Assembly (NCBI GenBank): GCA_043228905.1
Contig: JBHGNT010000010.1
Span: 14,818,001 to 14,882,000, forward strand
Direction: 5' to 3'
DNA: 64,000 nt
Source of the DNA: Azolla caroliniana
Taxonomy: Eukaryota > Plantae > Polypodiophyta
Shown here in pieces: positions 1 through 9,810 of this stretch. Position numbers and translations under genes: made by a program. The notes below the pieces were generated by a model. That model saw only the letters and a list, made by a program, of their open reading frames with translations, was not told where the DNA came from and made no database searches. Numbering within the stretch: the stretch's first letter is position 1; each line of letters opens with the position of its first letter.

Positions 1-277
1 CAATTGGTTCAGGAATTAGGCGATTAGCTTGTTGCGATTGAATGGCTCCATTCGAGGCATAGACAAAGAAGAGGAAGAAGAAGTTGAAGAAGAAGAAGGG
101 TTCTGACAGTAAAGGAAAAGACGAGAAGAAGAATGCTTATGAAAAGAGATGGATAGAGGAGGAGGAGATGATGACGAAGAAGAATGGTGGATTCATATTA
201 ACATCAGAGAAGATTGATGGAAACAGAGCCACTATAGCATCCTAGAAGAATGAGATTAAGGAACATTTAACATCATA

Positions 278-690
278 TTAGTAGCATTCTAGAAGAGTGA
301 TATCGATAGAGATGGAGCCGTATTCCTTTTCCTTCCTTCTCGCTTCCTCATTCAGGATGCTTGTCTTCACTGCTTGTAAAGACAAGTTCTCTTCTTGACA
401 GGAGGTGCTGAGAGTAACCACCAGGTTCTCCCAACTATCCGACAATGCGCACATTAGTAGGATGGCTTGCATAACATCATCAAGGTAAAACTTGGTTGCA
501 ACAAGTTGATTTACATACCCCATGAATGTGTTGATGTGTTCGACGATGCTCTCACCGTCTCTGTATTTCAATCGTACGATCTTTCTCATCAGTGAGATTT
601 TATTGAGGGTGTTGTTCCTCTCATATAGACCTGACAACTTTTGTCACATCTCATGCGCATTCGTTTCGTTTGCCACATGTTGAAGGACAA
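278..690 (-). pseudogene. Ty1/copia (Tork-like) gag fragment
   Basis: ORF 278..637 (SGLYERNNTLNKISLMRKIVRLKYRDGESIVEH...LPDSWENLVVTLS-like) is collinear with gag of the intact copia at 51998. Truncated at both ends. Confidence 0.85.
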
Positions 691-809
691 TTGCATCTTT
701 CACCTTTAGTTATCACAGTTATCAATCACCCGTACATCTCGTACAGTAACGCCAAGATGTTGATTCGTCGAAGGCAACATCACGGCTAACTCAAACTTGC
801 TTTGACCGG

Positions 810-1030
810 TAGGGATTGGCAACGGTTCGGTTTAGGCTTAGCCGGTTTGGCCTGATCCAAGCCAAACCGGCTAAGCCTAAACCGTTTACGAGATCTCAAA
901 CATGAGCCAAGCCGAGCCGAGCCGAGCCGGTTCACAAACCGGTTTAGCCTAAACCGGTTTAGCCTAAACCGGTTTGGTAAACGGCTTGTAAACCGGTTTC
1001 CAAACCGGCTTGTAAACCGGTTTAGAAACC
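810..1030 (+). mobile_element. hAT-like DNA transposon terminus (TIR plus subterminal repeats); partner end not seen
   Basis: Begins TAGGGATTGGCAA, resembling the Ac TIR TAGGGATGAAA. Followed by many AAACCGG/CCGGTTT motifs in both orientations and a perfect 24-bp inverted repeat (828-851/861-884). Confidence 0.6.
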
Positions 1031-1259
1031 TCTCTCTCTCTCTCTCTCCCTCCCCCTACCTCCCTCTCTCTCTCAGATGATCCACTATATACTATACATT
1101 GTACAAGCTCTCCCTCCCACTCTCTCTCACGTCTGTGGTCTCGACTCTCTCTCTCTCTCTCTCTCCCCTCCCCTCTGTGTAGTCTCCCGATGGCCTTTTC
1201 TGCCACAATACCAACATTCTATTTCGGCCTTTCATTGCCAGTTTCCGGTGCCGCCTTGA

Positions 1260-1800
1260 CTCCCCTTGTTTTCGGAGGGTTTGGAATTGCTGTCGACATT
1301 TCGATTATGCCTTCGGTTTTGCTCATGTCAGTCGTCTTCGTTGCGTGCTGACCCACCTCGTCCACCACAACCATAGGGTCTATCCTCCTTCGTGTACAAC
1401 ATCTTGCTATCGATGTATATGGTCGTCGACGCATCTGGGTGGTTCTCTTCAACGAGAAGCATCGATTGCAACTCAAAGAATGACAGTGTATTCACTCTCG
1501 TGCAGATAGCCGTTCGGAATGATCTGACATGAACCTACACCATTTCTTCCTCCTCGATTGTCACATTGATAGAGGCGAGGGAGTCGTAGATGTCATTGAT
1601 TCGGGTTGTATAATTGACCACTGACAAATCTTTCTGTCAGACATTGGAGTTGCAGCTTTGTGTTCATTGTGCAAGCCGCAACAACCTTTTTTAGGTTCGT
1701 CCAAGCATCTTTGGGTGTCTTGGCATCCTGGATGTAGCTGAGTAGTTGATCACCAACGTTGGACGCGAAGCACTACATTACTCTGATTGCCGCCTGCTCC
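1260..1800 (-). pseudogene. Degenerate Ty1/copia gag relic (related to family B), cut at 1800 by a chromovirus LTR
   Basis: Minus strand reads EQAAIRVM*CFASNVGDQLLSYIQDAKTPKDAWTNLKK, homologous to gag at 4804 and 48489. Confidence 0.75.
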
Positions 1801-2226
1801 TGTCATGATATGGCAAAACTCGAACCCATAACCTTATGTTATATGGGTCGAGCTCTTGACCATTACATTATCTATTCTAATACGTAGGATATTATTTTCA
1901 TTTAAGTTTTACTATTGAAAATTATTGTATATTCCAAATTTCTCTGGAACATTCTAGAAGCTTAAGGACTATTCCTCAGAACATTGTAAAAAGAGGCACA
2001 AGGCATTATTTTGAACCAAATTGGTTCAACGCCAGTCTTAAGCTTCATATCTATTTGTACTTACTCTTCACATAATATATCATCTGTTATCATCATTCTC
2101 TCTCTCTCTCTCTCTCTCCTTCGCTATCTCTCTCTCGTGAGTCTTACGCAATCCGTCCTCTTAGTACTAATAGTACTTCCCTTCTCTAGTACTAATTCTC
2201 TCTCTGTTTTAGTACAATTTTTGATA
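1801..2226 (+). repeat. 5' LTR of G0
   Basis: Aligns by eye to the LTR at 8100-8552. Ends TTGATA (decayed CTGACA), followed by GTTTGAAC as in the intact element. Confidence 0.8.
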
Positions 2227-4258
2227 GTTTGAACAAAAATTTTCCCTCTAGTCTTCTTTTCGGTTTCCCTCATCCTTTTACCCCTTTTTCCAATATTATG
2301 GCTACTGTTAGCGCCCAGGAATATCAATTCGTTTTTTTCGAGCTACAGTGTCTAAAAGAAAAATTCGTAGCATTGGAAGAAGAAAAGCAACGATGGTTAG
2401 GGCATCTTCAACAAATTTCTTTAGAAAAATAGCAAACGCAACAACAACATGGGGAGTTAGCGTTACATGTACAACAACTCGAAGCAACCATTGTAGCGTT
2501 ACAACAACAAGTATCAAGTCCCCAAGGACTTCATAAAGAGCCCAAGATTGGTCTTCCTGTGAAATTCGATGGAATGCGCTCACAATTTAGAGGATTCCTT
2601 AATTAGGTAAGCTTAATCATGCCAATGCATCCTTCCCGATACCCCACCGATGCATCCCGAGTAGGCCTAATAGGCATGTTGCTCAACGGCTCAGCCTTGG
2701 CATGGTTCCCTCCACTTTTGGAAAAACAATCTCCCTTGCTTAATAACTTTGAAGACGTTATTAGCGAGTTTAAAGCCTGCTTTGGAGATACCGACACCAT
2801 CAGGACGACGATCAACAAATTCCAACAATTGCGTCAAGGCGATCGTCCAGCCTCTGCCTACGTGGCGGATTTTCGACTACTCGCCTCAGATATCCCCTGG
2901 GATGATCAAGCACTAATGGAGCAGTTTTGCTATGGCCTGCGAAATAACGTCAAAGATTTACTTTTAACCTTTCCCGAAGAACCAAAATCTCTTACAGAGG
3001 CAATCAGTCAACCGATCCAATGCGACAACCGCCTTTTCGAACAACGTTCGGAACGTCAAGTTCAAATGCCACGGACTAGAGTATCCGTAGTTGCTTGTGC
3101 CCAGTGTGGCTTTGTGTAGATGGTGCCAAGTTTTTTACAAAAATCGACTTACGAGGAGCATATAACATCGTGTGGATCCGACTGGGAGACGAATGGAAGA
3201 CCGCTTTTCGCACCCGATATGGGCACTTCGAGTATACTGTTTTGCCGTTCGGTCTAACCAATGTGTCCGCAGTCTTCCAACACATGGAAAATGATATATT
3301 CAGAGATCTCTTGGATATCTGTTTGATCATCTATTTGGATGATCTATTGATTTATTCGAAGACCCAGGAGGAGCATGATGCTCATGTACTATTAGTACTA
3401 AAACGACTCTGAGAGCATGGTCTTTATGCCAAACTAGAAAAATGTAGCTTTGACTGCAAGCAAGTGGAATTTCTAGGCTACGTCATCTCCTCAAAAGGCA
3501 TTTCCATGAATCCAGCTAAAGTGAAAATTGTGCTAGAGTGGCAAACTCCACGTTCATTACGAGATGTGCAATGTTTCCTAGGCTTTGTTAACTTCTACCG
3601 CAAGTTTATACAAGATTACTCGAAGATTATTTTACCTCTCACACAGCTTACCAAGAAGGAACAATCATTTCTTTGGTCCAATGAAGCGGACATGGCTTTT
3701 ATGCAACTTAAGAAAGCCTTTACATTAGCTCCTATTCAAGCTCATGTGGATACAAACAAACCATTCATCATGGAGGCCGACACATCGGATTTTGCCCTCG
3801 GTAGCATCCTTTCACAACAAGGAGATAAAGAAAAGTTACATCTTGTTGCTTTCCACTCCCACAAATTTGATGCCACGGAAATTAACTACGAGATACATGA
3901 CAAGGAGTTATTAGCCATCATGGATTCGTTTGTGCATTGGTGGCACTTCTTAGAGGGATCTCCTCATCAGGTCACTGTCTTCAGTGATCATAAAAATCTT
4001 GCTTACTTCCAGAATGCTCGTGTACTAAATCGACGGCAAGCTCGGTGGGCCCAATTCCTCATGCATTTTGACTTCAAAATCACATATCAGCCGGGGAAGC
4101 AGCAAGGAAAAGCAAATGCACTATCGCGACGTTCATATCTTGCACCTCGTCTTGGTGATCCAACATTTGATAATCAAAAGCAAGTAATCTTGGGACCAAC
4201 ACGTTTGCACACAACGTGGATTTTTCACACTCCACTGGATTCCCGAATTATCGATCCC
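1801..4258 (+). mobile_element. Truncated, degenerate Ty3/gypsy chromovirus (G0): 5' LTR, gag relic, internal deletion, RT-RNase H relic
   Basis: LTR starts TGTCA at 1801. gag ATG at 2298 (MATVSAQEYQ) with stops. gag is joined to mid-RT at ~3118. RT YLDD and RNase H are in ORFs 3095..3412 and 3464..4264. Homologous to 8100-13839. Confidence 0.9.
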
Positions 4259-4651
4259 CGTTGAGAATCAAGCTCAACCTAGTCTAGTGTGTGAACACAC
4301 TCTTGAGAGTGTGCACTCAAAAGTCAAAAGTCACCACTCTTATCTACACATTAACTATGTGTCATAGAATCATATTCTATGACACATAACTAATGAGTTT
4401 TCATATTCCCCATGACCGATGAGCTTCGATAGTTAATGAAGAGAGAGAGTGACTATATAAAGTACTCTCCTCCTACTTTGTAATTAGGTTGATTAATCCC
4501 CTCTGTAATATACATCTTCTTGAGTATTCTATTGTCTCTCAAAAATCTATCTTTTGTTTGTCTCCTCTATCTCTCTCTCTCTCTCTCACACACACATAAC
4601 ACACATCCTTAACCTATTCCGTTGCACAAGAATCATACCCGATTCTTTACA
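4259..4651 (+). repeat. 5' LTR of the family-B copia
   Basis: (C)GTTGAGAATCAAGCTCAAC...TTTACA matches the reverse complement of the LTRs at 44038-44428 and 60364-60738. The PBS follows immediately. Confidence 0.85.
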
Positions 4652-5740
4652 TGGTATCAGAGCGGTTTGGTAGCTCGATCTAGCCCATCCGCGTGTGTTG
4701 AGCTCTACGCCGACGTTCAAGAAGAACATGCTCATCGCTATCATAGTGCGACTACATAGCTCGTATTCAAGAGAGAAGAAGGAAGAAATCTACATCGAAC
4801 ACCATGAATACTCAAATGGGGAGTGCTCTCCCTGGCGAGAAGTTGGGCCGAAACAACTTCGCATCTTGGGAGTACAAGATGCACCAATACCTTGTCAGCC
4901 AAGGCTATTGGGGTTACATCAAGGGGGCACAAGAAAACCAACCCGATCCGAAAGACGCCGACTACTCAACATGGGAGCAAGCGGTGAGTCGAGTAATGTA
5001 TTGCTTGGCGATATGTGTTCATGACCACATGCTTGGCTACATTCGAGAAGCCACAACGCCAAAGGAAGCATGGGAGAATCTAAGGAAGATATTCGCCGCC
5101 AATACAACGGCACAAAAGCTTCAACTCCGCCAAGAGTTGAACAACATCCAACAACAGGATATGTTCGTCACAAGCTACACCTTGAAGATCAAGGAGCTTT
5201 GTGATGCACTCGGATCGATAAGCGTCAATGTGGAGGATGACGAAATGGAGCAAATATGCCTCGGCGGCCTTGCACCACGATTCGGCGCTATGCGGACCGT
5301 CTTACTAGCACGAGAGAATCCACCCTCTTTCTTCGATCTTCAATGTATGTTATTGGTTGAAGAGAATCATGTTCGAACAAGGAGCAACGCCTCAGAAGGC
5401 CACATGCTCTACATGCATTAGAATGGAGGAAGAGGACGTGGCCAAGTAAGAGGCCGATTCGGCCAAGGAAGAGGCGGCGAACGAGGTCCGGCTTACGACA
5501 ACTCCCAATTTCGGCAACAAGACGGAAGCCATCAAGGAACCTTCGGAAGAAGGGGGAGCTTCCATTCCAGTTCGAGTCGACAAAACTCAATCGAATGCGG
5601 ATATTGCAGAAAAATTGGCCATCATGAAGAAGAGTGTCGGAAAAAGAAGCGCGAGTCGGCTTCCACAAGCCGACAACTCACAAATTATGCCACTAACTCT
5701 GATTATGAAGACCCTGGTGGAATGTTCATGATGAGACATT

Positions 5741-6318
5741 TATTAGGATTTTGGTCCCTCCGGATGGGATATGAGTACCCAACAACGGAAGACCCGATGA
5801 GAACCGGATGATGCAGGCTCGGTGAGAACCTCTCACCGGATGGAGGGACATATATGGAAATATGTTTCTGTTAGCCCATTGTGGCTATATTTGTAAATAG
5901 CCTGAAAGTCATATTAGTATAATTATGACCTAGGGCAAACAGAGAGTGTGTGGATGTATCATTGTGTTGTCATTAATTTGTATAGTGATATTGGTGTAAC
6001 TGTTGTACAGAGCGTAGCAAAGGGAAAGAGAGAGAGAGAGACAGAGTGAGTCTCTGTTGTAACCGCTGCCAAGCAAAGATTGTGAGCACGAGGTCGTTGC
6101 CTCTTTGTTCCCCTATTGTATTCTTCTTGCATAGTGAGAGTTGGAGTTTGTGGACTCCCGTGGTTTTTCCCATCTAGGGTTTTCCACATTAACATCCTGT
6201 GCATTCTCTTTCTGTTTGTGTAATTACTTCCATTTCCCATTTCTTCTGTGCTTGATTATCATTAACTTATCTAAGCTTTGGTTGTGGCCGAAGATTATTC
6301 CGCATATTGTTCTCAGAA
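5741..6318 (+). mobile_element. Solo LTR, Tork-like copia
   Basis: Shares GGTCCCTCCGGATGGGA, TTTGTAAATAGCC and ACTCCCGTGGTTTTTCCC blocks with LTR 51252-51966. Host gag is continuous across it. Imperfect TSD ACATT/ACATA and decayed termini. Confidence 0.75.
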
Positions 6319-8099
6319 ACATAGAGCAAATTCTATGTCGGCCTCTACTTCGACTAGTGCCTCCAATCCGGAAAGTGTATGGTTCGTCGACTCCGGTGCT
6401 TCGAACAATATGACGTCTTGTCAAGAATGGTTCTGAGACTTACGAGAGCTGGATCCATCCGGTTATGTCGAGACCGGGGATGACACCATTCATCCTATTC
6501 GACATATTGGCAATGTCCCATTCAGGGAAGACGGTGAACAAACTTGCATAAAAAATGTATTACATTTACCCACCATAACGAAGAATTTGGTCTCGGTCGG
6601 CCAAATAGTGGAGCAAGGGATGCAAGTTCGATTCAACCAAGGTGGTTGCTTCATCGAGAAGGAAGGCTGACTCATCGCTCGGGGTCAAAGGGAAGGTAGA
6701 ATGTTTATCCTCGAGTCAAACGAGGTGAAATCGGCCATGTACGCAAAGGGCCTCAAATCTGACACCGACATAGAGCTATGGCATAAAAGAATCAGCCATA
6801 TCAATCTCAACAAACTCAAGGCGATGCAATCGAAAGGAGTCGTCATCGGGCTCTTGACCTTCAAAGAGAAAGAGATTGAAGGAGTATGTGAAGCATGCCA
6901 ATTCAGCAAGCAACATCGGCACCCGTTCCCGAAGGAGAGGAACATGAGCAAAGGCCTATTGGACGTAGTCCACTCAAATGTGTGGGGACCGGCACAGACG
7001 GCTACGTTCTGAGGATGTTGGTACTATGTTACCTTCATCGACAACTTCTCTAGATACACATGGATCTTTCCCATGAGGATGAAGAGTGAAGTGTTTACAC
7101 ACTTCCAAAAATTCAAAAGCAAAGTCGAAAAGACAACTGGGCGTAAAGTACGATGTCTTTGGTCTGATGAAGGAAAGGAATACTTCTCCAATGCGTTCAC
7201 GACATACCTTTGACAAGAAGGAATTCGGCGAGAATTCACTTGCCGACACACACCACAACAGAATGGTGTAGCCGAACGCAAGAATCGGCACATCCTCGAA
7301 GTAGCAAGGGCCATGCTAAATGAGAAGCATATGCCCAAGTCATATTGGGCAGAAGCTACAAATACCGTCGTCTACCTCATGAACCGGTGCACAACATCCG
7401 GAGTGCACGAGGTCAGCCCGCACGAGAAATATTATCGGAAGAAGTCGGATCTATCCCATGTAAGGATATTTGGCTCCATTGCATACGTGCACATTCCCGA
7501 TGAGAAGCAGTAGAAGCTTGACCCAAAATCAGAGAGGTGCATCTTCGTGGGGTACTCATAGGAGCAAAAGGGGTACAAGTGCTTCAACCCCTCTACTCGG
7601 AAGACTCGTGTAAGTCGGGATGTCATCTTTGACGAATCGACATCATGGTACAAACCCGAGCCAACTCCTCCCGAACCATCTACGAACGACCTCGACAACA
7701 TAGAAGACGATGATCAACTAAGGTCAATACTCGAAGAGAGTTCGATCTCACCCAGATTGAGCGGACCACAAGAGCCTCCGTGCAACCAAAGCACATCTCG
7801 GCCAAGTCCAAAGATGGACAAAGGGAAGGCCAAAATGCCAGAATGAAGACGATCACTTTGACGGCAACGAATCGACTCCTTCACTCGATAGTGAGTTTGA
7901 TGGCTTTGATGTGCCTCTTATTAGGTCACCCAGAGTTGAGAAAGCACTCACATCGGCAAATGAGAAACTTTGTCACTCCACCCGAGAGAAGAATCTAGTT
8001 AGCTGATTCGGCTACAATGACTATTTGGCATACCACTATGCCTTTATGATGAAGGTGGCAGTAGTTAGAGAACCAGAGAGCTTTACCGAAGCCGCTAAA

Positions 8100-8552
8100 T
8101 GTCATAACTAGACTCGAACCCATAACCTTTTGTTACACGGGTCGAGACTTTACCATTAGGTTATGAATTGTAATTTGAAGGATATTATTTTCATTTAGGT
8201 TTTATTGGGAAATTGATGTATATTCCAGATTTCTCTGGAACATTCTAGAAACTTCAGGAGTATTCCTGAAGACACTATAAAAGGAGGCGCAAGGCATTAG
8301 TTCGAACCAAATCGGTTCAACGCCAGTCTTAAGCCTTCTAACTACTGTTGTATATCTTCCGTCATATAATACATATATCTTTCGCATCATCATTCTCTCT
8401 CTCTCTCTCTCTCTCACTCACTCATTCCTTCTCTCAAAGTTCGACACCTCTCATAGTACTAATCCTTCTCTGTCTTAGTACTATTCCCCAACAATAGTAC
8501 TAATCCTTCTTTTAGTACTAATTCCTTCTCTGCCTTAATAGAGTTCCTGACA
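8100..8552 (+). repeat. 5' LTR of G1
   Basis: TGTCA...TGACA, TATAAAA at 8276, repeated at offset 5287. Confidence 0.97.
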
Positions 8553-8554
8553 GT

Positions 8555-8566
8555 TTGAACCGATTT
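8555..8566 (+). promoter_or_regulatory. Self-complementary primer-binding site (Tf1-type)
   Basis: TTGAACCGATTT, 2 nt after the LTR, is the exact reverse complement of 8309-8320. No TGG-starting tRNA PBS is present. Confidence 0.8.
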
Positions 8567-8640
8567 CGACTACTAGTCTCCCTCTTCCTTCTGTCTCCCT
8601 CCTTTCCTACTAGTCTCTTATTTCCCTTTTCCTTCATCCC

Positions 8641-9810
8641 ATGGCCACCGTTAGCGCTGAAGAGTATCAATCCGTTTTCTCGGAATTTCAATGCTTGAAA
8701 GAGAAGTTTCATGCTTTGGAACAAGAAAATCAACGCTTGTTGGGGGATCTTCAGCAAATTTCCTTAGAAAAGCAGCAAACGCAACAACAGCATGGGGAAC
8801 TTGCGTTACGCGTGCAACAACTCGAAGCAACCATCGTAGCAATGCAACAACAAGGGCACGGAGCACAAGGGATTCATAAAGAACCCAAGATTGGCCTTCC
8901 CACGAAGTTCGATGGAACGCGATCGCAGTTTAGAGGGTTTCTTAACCAGGTACGGTTAGTTATTCAAATGCATCCGTCCCGATATCCCACCGATGCATCA
9001 CGAGTGGGTTTAGTAGGCACGTTGTTAAATGGCTCAGCATTAGCATGGTTCGCTCCGCTACTAGAAAAGGAATCTCCAGTACTAAATAATTTTGAAGAAT
9101 TCATAAGTGAGTTTAAAGCATGTTTTGGAGATACTGACAGCATAAGGACTGCAATCAACAAAATCCGGCGATTACGCCAAGGTGACCGTCCAGCCTCCGC
9201 ATATGCTGCAGATTTCCGCCTACTCGCCGCCGATATCCCCTGGGATGATCAAGCATTGATGGAGCAGTTCCGCTATGGTCTACGCAACGATGTCAAGGAT
9301 TTACTCTTGACTTTCCCTGAAGAGCCAAAATCATTAACAGAAGCAATCAGTCGAGCGGTCAGATGTGACAACCGCCTCTTCGAGCGACGTTCGGAACGAC
9401 AATTTCAGATGCCGAGGGCAAGATCCGAGCCTACCTATGCCTCAGTGGTAGCGAAACCTTTTCAAAGGGAGTCACATAATGCGCCTCCAGTAAGTACTCC
9501 AACTCCAATGGAAATTGACACTACACGTCGTCGTGGGCCGCTATCGGAGGAGGAAAAGCAACGACGCCGAACAAACCGATTATGCCTTTATTGCGGTGGA
9601 CCAGGGCATATCGCGATAAACTGTCCCCATAGACCAAGAAGGCAGGTAAACCAAGTCATTGTTAGTTCTGACTATACTAAACCCGAGTCTATTTCAGTAG
9701 GAATCTCTGATAATCCTCATAGTCATAATAGTCCTAATAGTACTAATAGTCCGAATCTCGCAAACAAATTTGATGTCCTTAGCCAATTAGAAGAAGAGTT
9801 AAACGACTAA
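8641..9810 (+). CDS. gag: Gag of G1 (389 aa)
   Basis: Coiled-coil-like N-terminus, EPKIGLPTKFDG capsid start, PTPMEID motif, CCHC knuckle CLYCGGPGHIAINC. Confidence 0.95.
   Translation: MATVSAEEYQSVFSEFQCLKEKFHALEQENQRLLGDLQQISLEKQQTQQQHGELALRVQQLEATIVAMQQQGHGAQGIHKEPKIGLPTKFDGTRSQFRGFLNQVRLVIQMHPSRYPTDASRVGLVGTLLNGSALAWFAPLLEKESPVLNNFEEFISEFKACFGDTDSIRTAINKIRRLRQGDRPASAYAADFRLLAADIPWDDQALMEQFRYGLRNDVKDLLLTFPEEPKSLTEAISRAVRCDNRLFERRSERQFQMPRARSEPTYASVVAKPFQRESHNAPPVSTPTPMEIDTTRRRGPLSEEEKQRRRTNRLCLYCGGPGHIAINCPHRPRRQVNQVIVSSDYTKPESISVGISDNPHSHNSPNSTNSPNLANKFDVLSQLEEELND

Noticed and set aside
8100-8175. Functional tRNA gene on the minus strand (also 15640-15710 and 59957-60030)
   Set aside because: Only the A/B boxes and their spacing are tRNA-like. 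Acceptor and anticodon stems do not pair.
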